The notes: generated by a model from the sequence alone, not told the origin. A stretch of DNA of 64,000 nucleotides from Alphaproteobacteria bacterium (GCA_033345155.1 JAWPOG010000045.1:5795-69794); one strand, 5' to 3'; counted from the stretch's first letter, positions 16,440-28,263 are shown. Numbers and translations are program-made.

Positions 16440-17978
16440 ATGTCTTTTGTATCAATGCCTCGTCAGGACTTGCTGTTAGCCATCGATTCTTTGGCCCAGG
16501 AAAAGCAAATTGATCGTGAAATTGTTTTTGAATCTTTGGAAATTGCAGTTGCCAAGATTGCGAAACACAAATATGGCGAAGAATTTAATATTATTGCTGA
16601 TATTGATCGTAAAAACGGGGCGATACATGTTAAACGTTTGTTTACAGTTATTGAATCACCAGAATCTGTCGGTGAAGAATACGATGCCAACACAATGTTG
16701 ACAGTGGGTCAGGCTAAAAAATACGCAAAAAATCCTGTGGTTGGCGATGTTGTCGAGGATGCATTACCTGAGCCAGAATTTGGTCGTATGGCATTCCAGA
16801 CGGCCAAGCAAATCATGACAACACGTGTTCGCGATGCAGAAAAAGGCCGCCAGTTTGAAGAATTCAAAGACGAAATCGGTGATATCGTCAGCGGTGTTGT
16901 AAAACGCATCGAATTTGGCAATGTTTATGTTGATATCAATGGCAAAGCCGAAGGCTATATCAAGGGCAGTGAATTAATCCCAGGCGAACGTTTAAGCACT
17001 GGCGACCGCGTTCGTGCGTTAATTATGGATGTTGTCCGTTCTAATACTGGGCCTCAGATTTTTATGACTCGCACACATCCATTGTTCATGGAAAAGCTGT
17101 TTGCCCAAGAAGTGCCAGAAATCTACGAAGGTGTTATCAAGATTAAATCTGTTGCGCGCGCACCTGGCTCGCATGCGAAAATTGCGGTTGAAACGGCCGA
17201 CCCATCTATTGATGCGGTTGGTATGACTGTTGGTATCAAGGGTACTCGTATCCAGCCGGTTATCAACGAATGTCATGGCGAAAAAATCGATGTTATTTTA
17301 TATTCAGAAGATCCTGCGGTGTTCATTGTGAATGCTATGCAACCGGCCAAGGTCGCAAAAATCATCGTTGACGAAGATACACGCAGTGCTGCCGTCGTTG
17401 TGAACGAAGATCAGCAGTCTTTGGCAATTGGGCGTCGCGGTCAAAATGTCCGCCTGGCAACCCAGTTGACGGGCTGGAACATCGATGTTATGAACGAAGC
17501 CGAAGAGCAAGAACGTCGTGCCAAAGAATTCAAAGAAAAGACAGAATTATTCATTGGTGGCCTTGATGTTGATGAAATGATTGCACAATTATTGATTACC
17601 GAGGGCTTCCGCACAATCGAAGAAATCGCATTTGTTGATATTGCTGAATTGGAAAGCATCGAAGGCTTTAATTCTGAATTGGCATCTGAATTGCAAAAAC
17701 GAGCCAAGACCTATCTGGATAAGGTTGAACATGATTATATGACTGCGGGACGCAACTTGGGTATGTCTGACGATTTGTTGGCATTTGACTTTATCAAGCG
17801 TCCAATAATTATGAAATTGGGTGAAGCTGGTATTAAATCTTTGGAGGATTTGGCGGATCTAGCAACCGATGAATTGGTTGAAATTCTGGGCGAAGACACA
17901 ATGTCCAGCCGCTTGGCAGGTCGCGTAATCATGAAAGCACGTGAACTGGCGTATGGCATAACCAAGGACAATAAATAA
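16440..17978 (+). CDS. nusA: Transcription termination/antitermination factor NusA
   Basis: N-terminal domain, S1, two KH domains and C-terminal acidic repeats. RBS aaggag 8 nt upstream of the ATG at 16440. Confidence 0.95.
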   Translation: MSFVSMPRQDLLLAIDSLAQEKQIDREIVFESLEIAVAKIAKHKYGEEFNIIADIDRKNGAIHVKRLFTVIESPESVGEEYDANTMLTVGQAKKYAKNPVVGDVVEDALPEPEFGRMAFQTAKQIMTTRVRDAEKGRQFEEFKDEIGDIVSGVVKRIEFGNVYVDINGKAEGYIKGSELIPGERLSTGDRVRALIMDVVRSNTGPQIFMTRTHPLFMEKLFAQEVPEIYEGVIKIKSVARAPGSHAKIAVETADPSIDAVGMTVGIKGTRIQPVINECHGEKIDVILYSEDPAVFIVNAMQPAKVAKIIVDEDTRSAAVVVNEDQQSLAIGRRGQNVRLATQLTGWNIDVMNEAEEQERRAKEFKEKTELFIGGLDVDEMIAQLLITEGFRTIEEIAFVDIAELESIEGFNSELASELQKRAKTYLDKVEHDYMTAGRNLGMSDDLLAFDFIKRPIIMKLGEAGIKSLEDLADLATDELVEILGEDTMSSRLAGRVIMKARELAYGITKDNK

Positions 17979-18013
17979 AAAACACACTGTTTGTGACCGA
18001 AGGAAGCAAAAAT

Positions 18014-20425
18014 ATGGCAACATTAACACTTGGAAAATCTGTAACAACTGATGCTGTGCGCAGCAAAAAGGGTGACGCGGTCTTTGTCGAACGTCGTCGT
18101 CGTGTTGTCGCACCAAACAGCAAAGAATTGCGGGACGAGCCTGTTGCGCCATCCGCACCAAAAAATGCAGCAGATGAAAAATTGCGTGCAGTATTGGCCG
18201 CAGCCAAGGCGCGTGAAGAAGAACGCAAACAACGCGAAGCAGACGAGGCCGCAGCCCGTGCTGCGCGTGCCGCTGAAATCGAACGCGAAAATCGCGAGTA
18301 CGAGCAGGTTCGTGAACAATTGGCTGCACGTGAAAATTCAAGTATTGCAGATGTGTCTGATGTCGCCGAAGGTGTGCTAGCACAAAAACAAAAAAATCAA
18401 TCATCTCAAAAGACCTTTACAAACAATTCCGCACCCGGCACCAATCGCAAGGGGCGCGACAACGATGACGAAGATGTGCGCCCAAATCGCTTTGGTAATG
18501 GCAAGAAAGATTTCAAAAAATCTGGCAAAATCCATTTGAATGATATTGTTATGGGTGGTGGCGATGATGACGATGATGAAATTGGTATTCGTGGTGCAAA
18601 TCGTCGCCGTTCCGAGGCTTCGTTAAAAAGATTTCGTGAAAAAGCGCGCGCAGTATTTTCTGCCCCTCAAAAGGTCGAGCATATCGTATCCTTGGGCGAT
18701 ACAATTACTGTCAAAGACCTGGCGGCCGCCATGGCAGAAAAGGTCAGCAATGTTATCAAAAAACTGATGGAAATGGGCATGATGGTGTCTGTGAATCAGT
18801 CGATTGATGCCGACACAGCGGAACTGATTGCTGGTGAATTTGGTGCAACGGTTAAACGCGTTGTTGTAAAACCATACGCAGAAATTTTGGAACGTGAACC
18901 AAACCCAGAAAATTTGACCCCACGTGCACCTGTTGTGACGGTTGTGGGCCATGTTGACCATGGTAAAACATCCCTGTTGGACGCATTCCGCAACGCAAAT
19001 GTCGCAGCTGGTGAAGCGGGTGGCATCACCCAGCATGTATCATCGTACGAGGTTAAAACAAAATCTGGTGCAATGATTACATTCCTGGATACACCGGGTC
19101 ACGAAACATTTACAGCCATGCGCGCCCGCGGCGCCCAAATGGCGGATATTGTTGTGTTGGTTGTGGCGGCAAATGATTCTATCATGCCCCAAACTATCGA
19201 GGCTATAAACCACATCCGCGCAGCCAATGTTCCGTTTATTGTTGCGATTAACAAAATCGATTTGCCCGAAGCAAACCCGACCCGAGTTAAAACCGACCTG
19301 CTGCAGCAAGAGGTCCAGGTTGAAGAAATGGGGGGCGATGTCCAATGTGTAGAAGTTTCTGCAACGAAAAAAATCGGGCTGGATAAACTGGAAGACGCAA
19401 TTTTATTACAGGCCGAAATGATGGAATTAAAGGCCGATGCGGACATGTCGGCGGTCGCCTATGTTGTCGAAGCTAAAATGGAAAAGGGGCTGGGGGCAGT
19501 TGCAACTGTGTTAATGCGCCAGGGTACATTAAAGATTGGCGATGTGTTCGTTGTTGGCGAAACATTTGGTCGTGTTCGTGGCTTAATAAATTCTGCGGGT
19601 GAACGTGTTAAATCTGTTCGTCCGGGCCAGCCTGCGGTGGTACTGGGGTTAAATACGGTGCCGGGTGCTGGTGATGAACTGCGCGTCATGGAGACCGAGG
19701 CCCAGACCCGTGAAGTCGCGGCTTATCGTGCCCAGGTAACCAAGGACAAGGCAAATGCTGTTAAACGTTCATCGCTGGAAGAATTATTCGCCAAACGCGA
19801 TGAATCCAAGAAATTAGTCCTGCCGATTATTTTGCGTGCCGATGTGCAAGGCTCTGTCGAAGCAATTACAGACATGGTCAAAGACATCAATACAGACAAG
19901 GTTGGAATAGAAATCTTGTCATCGGGTGTTGGCCAGATTACCGAGGGCGACATTCGCCTGGCAACGGCATCTGGTGCGGTTGTGATTGCGTTTAATGTGC
20001 GTGCAGATTCTGCTGTTCGTGATATGGCACGCAATAACGGTGTTGATATTCGCTATCACAGTGTTGTTTATCGCATCACAGACGAAATCAAAGAAATTCT
20101 GTCGGGTAAATTGGCCCCTGAAAAGCGTGAAACATTTATCGGCTATGCGGACGTTATTGCCTTGTTCACGGTCGGCAAAGGTGTCCGCGTTGCAGGGTGT
20201 CGCATGACCGAAGGCACGATTAAAAAAGATGCATTCGTTCGTCTGTTGCGCAACAACGTTGTAATATACGACGGTAAAATCGGGCAGCTTCGTCGTGAAA
20301 AGAACGAAGTCAAGGAAGTGTCTGGTGGCGTTGAATTTGGTATGTCCTTTGACAAGTACAATGACTTGAAAGAAGGCGACCGTGTCGAATGCTACGAGGT
20401 CGAAGAAGTTCGCGCCAAACTATAA
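18014..20425 (+). CDS. infB: Translation initiation factor IF-2
   Basis: G-domain [27 protein letters not shown]-terminal K/E/R/A-rich region. RBS aggaag before the ATG at 18014. Confidence 0.95.
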   Translation: MATLTLGKSVTTDAVRSKKGDAVFVERRRRVVAPNSKELRDEPVAPSAPKNAADEKLRAVLAAAKAREEERKQREADEAAARAARAAEIERENREYEQVREQLAARENSSIADVSDVAEGVLAQKQKNQSSQKTFTNNSAPGTNRKGRDNDDEDVRPNRFGNGKKDFKKSGKIHLNDIVMGGGDDDDDEIGIRGANRRRSEASLKRFREKARAVFSAPQKVEHIVSLGDTITVKDLAAAMAEKVSNVIKKLMEMGMMVSVNQSIDADTAELIAGEFGATVKRVVVKPYAEILEREPNPENLTPRAPVVTVVGHVDHGKTSLLDAFRNANVAAGEAGGITQHVSSYEVKTKSGAMITFLDTPGHETFTAMRARGAQMADIVVLVVAANDSIMPQTIEAINHIRAANVPFIVAINKIDLPEANPTRVKTDLLQQEVQVEEMGGDVQCVEVSATKKIGLDKLEDAILLQAEMMELKADADMSAVAYVVEAKMEKGLGAVATVLMRQGTLKIGDVFVVGETFGRVRGLINSAGERVKSVRPGQPAVVLGLNTVPGAGDELRVMETEAQTREVAAYRAQVTKDKANAVKRSSLEELFAKRDESKKLVLPIILRADVQGSVEAITDMVKDINTDKVGIEILSSGVGQITEGDIRLATASGAVVIAFNVRADSAVRDMARNNGVDIRYHSVVYRITDEIKEILSGKLAPEKRETFIGYADVIALFTVGKGVRVAGCRMTEGTIKKDAFVRLLRNNVVIYDGKIGQLRREKNEVKEVSGGVEFGMSFDKYNDLKEGDRVECYEVEEVRAKL

Positions 20426-20427
20426 AA

Positions 20428-20458
20428 TTCCCCCGCAATCTGCGGGGGTGTTTTTTTG
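20428..20458 (+). terminator. Intrinsic terminator after infB
   Basis: aaaattcccccgcaatctgcgggggtgttttttt. Confidence 0.8.
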
Positions 20459-20596
20459 TTAAATTTTATTTATCGAATACTGTAAAAGAATCAGTTATAA
20501 TACCCAGGCACCAGAATAACTTTGGTGCGGGGTGATAATTCCGTCCACGATGCACTTGATACTGTTTATAGACGCAACACATAAATCATTAGATTT

Positions 20597-21697
20597 TTAG
20601 CGCTTTGCGTTATTCAGTCGCAACTGTCCGCACGCCGAACCAATATCTGTTCCTCGTTCGCGTCTGATGCGGGTGTGCACCCCGTTCTTTATCAGTGTAT
20701 CTTGGAATCGATGCACCGCATTGCCCGACGGCGATGCAAAGTCGCGTTCATCAACTGCATTCCAAGGAATTAAATTCACCATACAGTTTTTACCGTGCAA
20801 CAGTTCAGATAATTTTTCCGCATGTTCTGGTGTCGCATTATACAGCACTGTTTCACCATTTTCATCTTTCTTGCCTAACAAGATATATTCAATCATTAAC
20901 TGTCGATTGTGGTTATCTGTGAAACGCCATGCTGCATTCATAACATCGTTTAATTTATATTTATTATTAATCGGCATAATTTGTGACCGCAGTTCATCGG
21001 TTGGCGCATGCAAAGAAATCGCCAGATTTATTGGTCGTCCCCAATCAATCAGCCGTTCAATCCCTGGCACAATCCCACATGTAGATACAGTTATCCGTCG
21101 CCATCCAATCCCCATTTGTGAATTGGCGCGTTCAATAAAGTCAATTACATTTTCTGTGTTTTGTAAAGGCTCGCCCGTACCCATGACAACTATGTGTGAT
21201 ACATCGTCATTATTTGCATCTCCGTTTGGTCGAATCGATTTTTCTGAAAGTTTATCTTTGCGCAGTTCCCATTGTGCCACCAAAATTTGTGAAAAAATTT
21301 CATTTGCTGTCAAATTGCGTTTCAGTCCCAACAAAGTGCTGGCGCAGAATCTGCATCCCATTGCACATCCAGCCTGGGAACTGACACAAACGCTGTTGCC
21401 ATATGTTGTGCGCATAAGAACGCATTCAATCTGCTCGTGGTCATTTAATTCCAGCAAAAACTTGGTTGTTTCACCATCGGCCGAATCCAGTTTTTTTACA
21501 ATTTTTACAGGCAAAGTCTGTGCCATACTTTCCAATTGTTGACGCAAATTTTCTGGCACATTTTTCATAGACGCAAAATCTGGCGCTCCACGATTTAACC
21601 ATTCGCGAATTTGTTTCGCGCGAAACCGAGGTTGCCCCATTTCTGTAACAAACTTTTCCAGTTCTGCATCAGTCAGATTAAATAGGATTGTCTTCAT
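20597..21697 (-). CDS. rlmN: 23S rRNA (A2503-C2)/tRNA methyltransferase RlmN (radical SAM)
   Basis: Radical-SAM CxxxCxxC as SQAGCAMGCRFC, the GTGEPL SAM-binding motif and the conserved C-terminal catalytic Cys in GSDIGSACGQL. 366 aa. Confidence 0.9.
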   Translation of the reverse strand: MKTILFNLTDAELEKFVTEMGQPRFRAKQIREWLNRGAPDFASMKNVPENLRQQLESMAQTLPVKIVKKLDSADGETTKFLLELNDHEQIECVLMRTTYGNSVCVSSQAGCAMGCRFCASTLLGLKRNLTANEIFSQILVAQWELRKDKLSEKSIRPNGDANNDDVSHIVVMGTGEPLQNTENVIDFIERANSQMGIGWRRITVSTCGIVPGIERLIDWGRPINLAISLHAPTDELRSQIMPINNKYKLNDVMNAAWRFTDNHNRQLMIEYILLGKKDENGETVLYNATPEHAEKLSELLHGKNCMVNLIPWNAVDERDFASPSGNAVHRFQDTLIKNGVHTRIRRERGTDIGSACGQLRLNNAKR

Positions 21698-22527
21698 AAT
21701 TTATACCGTTCATCATTGATAACAATAACCGCCTTGCGCCGCAGTTGTTTTAACTGTTGATCGGCCATGAACATCGCCTGTTTATACATGGTGTTTTGCT
21801 TTATCATATTGTCCAGATTTTTATATTCGCTGGTCTTTTTCGTGCCGCACACCAACAACACAGAAGCGTCATCTGCACGTTTCGACCAAGTCAAAATGGG
21901 CAAATTAGCCACGCGTTCACGCATATCTTCGGCCAGTTCATATTGTTTTGCTGTAAATTTTTGTGGCACACCACCAAAAGATTCCGCCATTTTGACTGCA
22001 TCATCACATGATTTCGGTTTTGTTAATTTTTCGGCAATTTCCGATGGAACATCTGTCAGTCGTACAATTGTCATCTCGATTGGTAATCCGTGTTCTTGTG
22101 CTATGTTTGCGCGTTCATTGGCGATATCTTCATCTGTCACATCAACAGTTGGCATAACGGTACGCGCCACAATAATCTGCCATGCGATATCCGCCCGCAG
22201 TGCGTTGCGGGCCATCTCGCGTTCTGTTGCGCTTAAATCATCACCCAGGTTCATTTTTCTAAGTTCTGCATCAACTGTTTTATCGTCTGGGTCAACATTA
22301 AAATTCTTGGCATAAGCTAATTTTACATTGTCATCGATAATATTTTGCAAAGCCACCCGCCGATTATCAGTCGATGTGTGTCCCTGTCGCGCCATCAGTT
22401 TTGTTCGTGCGGTAACATCTGTATCCGTCACAGGTGTCCCATTAACCGATGCCACAACCGTTGCACCAAACACAGGACACGCAAACATCGTGCACAATGC
22501 TACAAAAACATTTTTTACCAAATTCAT
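21694..22527 (-). CDS. SurA N-terminal-domain-like periplasmic chaperone (no obvious PPIase domain)
   Basis: Signal peptide. Sits directly downstream of lptD, as surA does in many proteobacteria. Start overlaps the rlmN region by 4 nt. Confidence 0.55.
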   Translation of the reverse strand: MNLVKNVFVALCTMFACPVFGATVVASVNGTPVTDTDVTARTKLMARQGHTSTDNRRVALQNIIDDNVKLAYAKNFNVDPDDKTVDAELRKMNLGDDLSATEREMARNALRADIAWQIIVARTVMPTVDVTDEDIANERANIAQEHGLPIEMTIVRLTDVPSEIAEKLTKPKSCDDAVKMAESFGGVPQKFTAKQYELAEDMRERVANLPILTWSKRADDASVLLVCGTKKTSEYKNLDNMIKQNTMYKQAMFMADQQLKQLRRKAVIVINDERYKL

Positions 22528-22544
22528 TTTTTTCTTTCCTTTCC

Positions 22545-24560
22545 TTAGTATTGTTGACCATTAATAGCCATTCCAAATCTGAACTGGAATGTGGTTGTTC
22601 CAACATAGTCTTCTTTGATTGCATTATCATGACGATATTCCACCGACAAATAATAGCAGGGGTGATTATAAAAGAATCCGCCCGTGTGCCGCTGAAATTC
22701 CTCAAATTCCAGATTATATATTGCGTTCCAGCGCATTGACCAGCGATTTGTTAATTGGATACCCGCACCAATAACAGCCTCGTTAATATCGATATTTTCA
22801 AGCAGTTCGGTGTTCCAATGCTGTGACCAAATATGCCCAATGTTAAAGAAATTTCTGGCTGTTCCAATGTTTGCAGATGTTTCTATATGGCGCAGTTCAA
22901 AAGTGCTTTGATTCAATCTGAATCTTGATGCCAGATTCAGCCATTTCATATTGTTATAACTGAGCCGCCCGACATAGTCCGACAACCCTTTGCGAAAACC
23001 TGTATCCAAATCTGTATCGGGCCGTTGTGAAAAATCATATGATTGCCCAACAAAGATTTCAATGTTTTTCCCTTCTTCATCAAATGCCGCCCACCGCACA
23101 CCATAGTCCGCATAGGTTCCATTTTCCCACAAGTCTAACCCAGCAAACCTATTATCTGAAAATAATGTTGAATCGGTCAAAATTGTACCTGTGGAATCAT
23201 TGTTCAGCGCAAATGTTTCCTCGTCCATGTTGCGCATAAAAGTTATACGCGCGCGGGGTTCCAAAATCTGCGTCCAATTACTTGTGGGTTTAAACAAAGG
23301 CAACCCCCATTCCAAATATCCGCTGGGCAAGAATCTATTTTTTATCCCCGAAAAAACACCACCACCAACCAATTCTGTATTATCAAAGTGGTACAAATCA
23401 TATCGTGCAGATATGCTGGCGGTCAGTCGATTCCCACCCCACAGCGTCCATGGTGTGGTCAATCGTGCATCCCCAATCATACGCTGTGCAGATGTTCCGT
23501 CCCCTGATATTCCCAATATATCTGCGCCAAATGTCGCAAATGTTTCCCCAAATAATGGTGCTGTCTGATGTACAGCGCGAATGTTCGGCAAAATATTACC
23601 GTTTGGTGCTGACCATAATCCTGTACTGTCACGCAGTTCCTGGAATATATGAGCATCCGCAACCGCATAACCATTCTGTCCAAACAGTTCCAGTTTAGCC
23701 CCTGAATCCAAATACGGTTGGTCATCATAGAATCCGTATTTTTGCAAATATGTTTTGTCAGACGCGCGTTCCAAGAACACGGTTGCGCGCGCATATTCAC
23801 CCAGTTCAATTACATCATCGTTAAATATGTGCCATCGACTTTCACCTTCGCGGTTATGGGTGAACGAACCCTGGGTTCTGTATTCAGAATGGTCTGCATT
23901 TAATCTGTGTTCTAATTGAAACAGTGGGTTTTCCTGGGTCAGATATGAAAATGTAAATGTCATATCGTGCGTATCAGACAACGATATATACAGCGGAATA
24001 TTTATCTGGGTACCCATTTTATTTGTGGATTCAAAGTCGGGCATTAAAAATCCAGTCTTATATTTAACCCCCGGGTCTGGCATTTCAAAATAAGGCCACC
24101 ACAGCACAGGAACATCATATGTGCGCAACACAGGGCTGTAAAATTTCAGCATACGTGATTCCATATCATGAATAATTTTATAAGTAGAAATCTTCCACGC
24201 ATCCCCATACGCATCGCAATCGTCACACGCAGTAAATGTAGCGTGGCGTGCGATGGTCAAATCCCCCTTGCGCTTGACACTGTCTGATTCGACATACACG
24301 TGGTTGCCCAGCCACAGTTTTATATCGTTGCCGGATAATTCCACCCCCTGTTGCGAGATATAAGAATCGCCCAAAGTCATTCGTTGACCTGATTGATTAA
24401 CTATTTCTGTATTACCAACAGTTTTGATTGTCTCGGACTTGACATCGTATTCAATTTTGTCGGCAATAATCGTATGTGGCTGGTCTGTATCAATTGACAT
24501 CGCATCCGCGGTTGCAGACGCAAAAACAGACAATAAAAATGGCCACAACTTTCTTGTCAT
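22545..24560 (-). CDS. lptD: LPS-assembly outer-membrane protein LptD (OstA)
   Basis: 671 aa, signal peptide, OstA N-terminal domain, C-terminal beta-barrel ending ...FRFGMAINGQQY. Confidence 0.85.
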   Translation of the reverse strand: MTRKLWPFLLSVFASATADAMSIDTDQPHTIIADKIEYDVKSETIKTVGNTEIVNQSGQRMTLGDSYISQQGVELSGNDIKLWLGNHVYVESDSVKRKGDLTIARHATFTACDDCDAYGDAWKISTYKIIHDMESRMLKFYSPVLRTYDVPVLWWPYFEMPDPGVKYKTGFLMPDFESTNKMGTQINIPLYISLSDTHDMTFTFSYLTQENPLFQLEHRLNADHSEYRTQGSFTHNREGESRWHIFNDDVIELGEYARATVFLERASDKTYLQKYGFYDDQPYLDSGAKLELFGQNGYAVADAHIFQELRDSTGLWSAPNGNILPNIRAVHQTAPLFGETFATFGADILGISGDGTSAQRMIGDARLTTPWTLWGGNRLTASISARYDLYHFDNTELVGGGVFSGIKNRFLPSGYLEWGLPLFKPTSNWTQILEPRARITFMRNMDEETFALNNDSTGTILTDSTLFSDNRFAGLDLWENGTYADYGVRWAAFDEEGKNIEIFVGQSYDFSQRPDTDLDTGFRKGLSDYVGRLSYNNMKWLNLASRFRLNQSTFELRHIETSANIGTARNFFNIGHIWSQHWNTELLENIDINEAVIGAGIQLTNRWSMRWNAIYNLEFEEFQRHTGGFFYNHPCYYLSVEYRHDNAIKEDYVGTTTFQFRFGMAINGQQY

Positions 24561-25615
24561 TTTTTTATCAGTATTGCCAGTATCAAAGTTAAAAACATAC
24601 CTAATCCGACAGCCAGCAACCCCAGTTCAGTCAAACTGCCCACCATATTAGACAGCGACATATACAACCCCATCGTGCCCGCCATCGCAGCAACCGCAAT
24701 CATTGGCGCAAAACTGGCGCGCCGTCGCAATAACGAAGACCTTAACAATATCATCGTACACAAGGCCGCCAACATCAGATTCATTAACGGACTCAAAAAT
24801 CTGTTGCCCAGTTCAGTCAGTACAGTTTTTTGTTGTTTTTTTGATTCTGCATCAAACGCAACCCGTACCAAATCCCACGTTGGTATTCTGCGAACGCGGA
24901 AAGAGTTATTGCCACCCTTGTCTTCCAGGTTCAGATCCATACCAAATGTGTCAAATGTTCCCGTCACCATCATATCCCCTGATGTCTGCAACGCCCCATT
25001 TGTCATAATCAGCGATAATCCACGTACTGTTGATACCAGTTTACCTTTTTCTGCGAAAATCATAGAAGGCGAATTTTCATCACGCATATCAGATAACATC
25101 ACCTGGGCCAAATCATGCCCATTTACATGGTCGACATACACAACCAATCCATCTGATATTTCGGTAAACGCACTTTCTTGTAATTTCATATGCGCCAAAC
25201 CGTATTTCAGGTTCCATTGTGTGTCATAAAATTTAGCCTGGCTGTACGGCACAATCCAAATATTTATTATCAGATTTAATATCGTCAACACTGTTCCAAA
25301 AATCAAAGCAGGTCGTGCTATTTGTATTGGTGACAACCCAGATGCCACCATAACCGTAATTTCATTATCGCCAATCATTTTGTTGTATGTAAATATCACC
25401 GCAATAAAGCAAACAAACGGCACAATAATCGATGCGATAAATGGAATCATCAACGATGTCATTCCCAAAAAACTGCCGACATCAATGCCGTATTTCAGCA
25501 GAAATTTCATCATGGACATAATTTGCATCATCCATGCCAATCCTGTTAAAATCAGCAGCAACATAATAAAAATTGCAATCAATTGACGCAAAAAATACCG
25601 GTTCAAAATCTTCAT
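24557..25615 (-). CDS. LPS export ABC permease LptF/LptG family (YjgP/YjgQ)
   Basis: MKILNRYFLRQL... six-TM permease with a periplasmic beta-jellyroll region. Stop overlaps the lptD start (ATGA). Confidence 0.8.
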   Translation of the reverse strand: MKILNRYFLRQLIAIFIMLLLILTGLAWMMQIMSMMKFLLKYGIDVGSFLGMTSLMIPFIASIIVPFVCFIAVIFTYNKMIGDNEITVMVASGLSPIQIARPALIFGTVLTILNLIINIWIVPYSQAKFYDTQWNLKYGLAHMKLQESAFTEISDGLVVYVDHVNGHDLAQVMLSDMRDENSPSMIFAEKGKLVSTVRGLSLIMTNGALQTSGDMMVTGTFDTFGMDLNLEDKGGNNSFRVRRIPTWDLVRVAFDAESKKQQKTVLTELGNRFLSPLMNLMLAALCTMILLRSSLLRRRASFAPMIAVAAMAGTMGLYMSLSNMVGSLTELGLLAVGLGMFLTLILAILIKK

Positions 25616-25668
25616 GTTTCCCAGTATAAATTATTAATTCCCAGTTTTCAAGGCATAGATATGCATGC

Positions 25669-26886
25669 TTATTCGTATCTTAAACTGTCAATTGGGTTCA
25701 ATTTAGCAGCCTTCATTGCGGGCATAACCCCGGACGACAGTCCGACAATTATAGCCACCGACACCGACAGTACCACTGGCCAAATACTGAACGGCACATT
25801 ATACCCCAGTATAAAACGACCGACCCCCTGGGACAGACCAACACCAATTACCAGTCCAATCATAGACCCAATAAACGAAATCAGAACAGATTCAGACAGG
25901 AATTGAATAATAATCATGCGTTCACGCGCGCCAATTGCCTTGCGAATACCGATTTCGCGTGTTCGTTCTGCGACCGATACCAACATCATGTTCATAATTC
26001 CAATTGCGCCCACCAACAAAGACACAGCAGCAATTGCAATCAACAACAATTTCATATATCCTGTAACAGTTGTCATTGTTTCCATAACTTGTTTCATATC
26101 CATAATCTGGAAATCATCAACCACATCGTCTTTCAGTTTATGCCGTTGTCGCAACAGGGTGGTTATCTGTTCAATGGCCATATTGTTATCAGATTCTGCA
26201 AACAGTTTCAGCGCAATCATATTAACAGAATTTGGGAAGCGTGACCCCTGCAAACGCTTTTTCAGTGTTGTAATAGGAATTATAATCATATCATCCTGAC
26301 TGCCCATGGCAGAATCGCCTTTAGCACGGGTGACGCCTATGATAACAAATGGGGTGTTTTGTACACGAATAACCTCGCCCACAGGATTTTTCGGCAACCC
26401 CAATTCTTGTGCGGTTTCTGGCCCTATGACAGCATAGGTCGAAGCATTGCGCACCGCAGACATATCAAAGAAAGTTCCGTATTCAACCTCGATATTCTGG
26501 ACGGTTGTATAATCCGGATATACCCCCACCATAGAGGTGCCCCAGTTTTTATTTCCATAAATTACCTGGGCTGCGCCATTTTGCACAGGGCTGATTGCCA
26601 TAACATCCGGCAATTGACCGATAAATTCTGCATCTTGGATTGTCAGGGTTTGCCGATTTCCGGTTCGAACGCCCGCACTCTGCGCAGCGCCTGCGCGAAT
26701 CATAATTGTATTTGTCCCCAGTTCAGAAAACTGGTCTGTAATTTGCTTTTGCACAGTTTCACCAACGGCAACCATAATCACCACCGCCATAACCCCGATG
26801 ATAATGCCCAGAACTGTCAGAAATGAACGGATTTTATTTCCACTGATAGATAACCAAGATTCCTTCAAAATATCATTAATCGTCAT
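25669..26886 (-). CDS. ABC transporter permease, MacB/FtsX family
   Basis: N-terminal TM, large periplasmic domain, C-terminal FtsX 3-TM bundle. 405 aa. Confidence 0.8.
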   Translation of the reverse strand: MTINDILKESWLSISGNKIRSFLTVLGIIIGVMAVVIMVAVGETVQKQITDQFSELGTNTIMIRAGAAQSAGVRTGNRQTLTIQDAEFIGQLPDVMAISPVQNGAAQVIYGNKNWGTSMVGVYPDYTTVQNIEVEYGTFFDMSAVRNASTYAVIGPETAQELGLPKNPVGEVIRVQNTPFVIIGVTRAKGDSAMGSQDDMIIIPITTLKKRLQGSRFPNSVNMIALKLFAESDNNMAIEQITTLLRQRHKLKDDVVDDFQIMDMKQVMETMTTVTGYMKLLLIAIAAVSLLVGAIGIMNMMLVSVAERTREIGIRKAIGARERMIIIQFLSESVLISFIGSMIGLVIGVGLSQGVGRFILGYNVPFSIWPVVLSVSVAIIVGLSSGVMPAMKAAKLNPIDSLRYE

Positions 26887-26907
26887 TTTTTATTCCTTTT
26901 ATCCTGG

Positions 26908-27636
26908 TTATAAATTATCGTCGTTGCGTGGTATGCGTCCGTCATAGTTTATTTTCCCGTCACGAATGTGAATCAATCTGTCCGCATATCTAGCGATATC
27001 AAATTCATGGGTAATCATAACAACAGTAATCCCCAGATCTTTGTTCAGTTTTTTGAAGAACTGCAAAATTTCATTTCCCATTTTACTGTCCAGAGCGCCT
27101 GTTGGTTCATCTGCCAAAATCAGTTTTGGTTCGCCTGCCAACGCACGTGCAATTGCAACGCGTTGCTTCATTCCCCCCGACAGTTGTGTCGGTAAATAAG
27201 ATTCAAAGTTTACCAAACCCACGCGTTTCAGCATTTCGCGTGCGCGTCTTACCCGTTCATCCATGTGCATACCACGATACATCAGTGGCAACATCACATT
27301 GTCCAGTACACTTCGTTTTGGTAACAAATTAAACTGTTGAAAAACAAATCCAATATGCTCGTTTCTGACAATTGCCAGTTCGTCCGGGGTCAAGCCTGTC
27401 ACATCGCGTCCATATAACTCATACACACCTGATGTTGGTGTATCCAGTGCGCCAATTATATTCATGCAGGTTGATTTGCCGGACCCAGAAGGCCCCATGA
27501 TTGCAACAAATTCACCGCTTTTGACCGTAAAGTTTATGTCAAATAAAACCTGCTGCTCGCCCCCCATTTCTAATGGGAAACTTTTATTGATGTGCTTCAG
27601 CGATATAATAGCATCCTGTGCGGATTTTTTTTTCAT
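26908..27636 (-). CDS. ABC transporter ATP-binding protein (MacB/LolD-type)
   Basis: Walker A GPSGSGKST, signature LSGGMKQRVAIARAL, Walker B ILADEPTGALD. Confidence 0.9.
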   Translation of the reverse strand: MKKKSAQDAIISLKHINKSFPLEMGGEQQVLFDINFTVKSGEFVAIMGPSGSGKSTCMNIIGALDTPTSGVYELYGRDVTGLTPDELAIVRNEHIGFVFQQFNLLPKRSVLDNVMLPLMYRGMHMDERVRRAREMLKRVGLVNFESYLPTQLSGGMKQRVAIARALAGEPKLILADEPTGALDSKMGNEILQFFKKLNKDLGITVVMITHEFDIARYADRLIHIRDGKINYDGRIPRNDDNL

Positions 27637-27666
27637 TTTCTCTCTCTTCTTAAAATCGTCACAGAT

Positions 27667-28263
27667 TTATAACAAACAGGTCAAGGTTGCGCTGGTGTTT
27701 TTCAGCATAAACCACCCGATACGATAATCTGTCGCATAAACAGTAATCATAAACAGCGCCAACACACAAATAACCAACAATACATTTCCTTGTTTGCCAC
27801 GCATACAATACAGTGATATATTATAGAACAAGAACAGCACATAAATATCAACCATCATACTTATTGCCCAAATAGAAGCGCAATTAAAGGCCATTGCATT
27901 CAGCACCAGTATCATAGGATAAATAAAGAAAACCGATGCCAATCCTTTAATCGCAATTTCCCAGTCGCGTTCCCCGCCTGTGATTTCGGACACCAGCATC
28001 ATTATTCCGCCGAACACGAACAGCAAAACCACCGCCAAAACCGGCACAATAATTATCGCGGAAAAAATCGAACCCAATGTAATTGTTGCGCCCCCCAGCA
28101 AACGAATTAACAAAACCAAGCATCCCCCCAGTAAACCATACAAGAAAGCTTTTAACATTGCTTCTTCCATGTTCCCATCGGCGACAATTTTAGTAAAATA
28201 GCGTTTTGGATTTACTATCAGATTACGAATGTGTTTGAATGCATTTTTGAATTTCTTTTTCAT
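27667..28263 (-). CDS. Yip1-like polytopic membrane protein (198 aa)
   Basis: Five hydrophobic segments. Family assignment by topology only. Confidence 0.45.
   Translation of the reverse strand: MKKKFKNAFKHIRNLIVNPKRYFTKIVADGNMEEAMLKAFLYGLLGGCLVLLIRLLGGATITLGSIFSAIIIVPVLAVVLLFVFGGIMMLVSEITGGERDWEIAIKGLASVFFIYPMILVLNAMAFNCASIWAISMMVDIYVLFLFYNISLYCMRGKQGNVLLVICVLALFMITVYATDYRIGWFMLKNTSATLTCLL

Noticed and set aside
17859-18404. 181-aa minus-strand ORF, and other small ORFs over the infB 5' region
   Set aside because: Antisense to the repetitive K/E/R/A-rich N-terminus of IF-2. His/Arg-rich low-complexity translation.
20667-21542. 291-aa ORF on the plus strand
   Set aside because: Lies entirely antisense to the well-supported rlmN gene. 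No motifs and odd composition. Antisense artefact.
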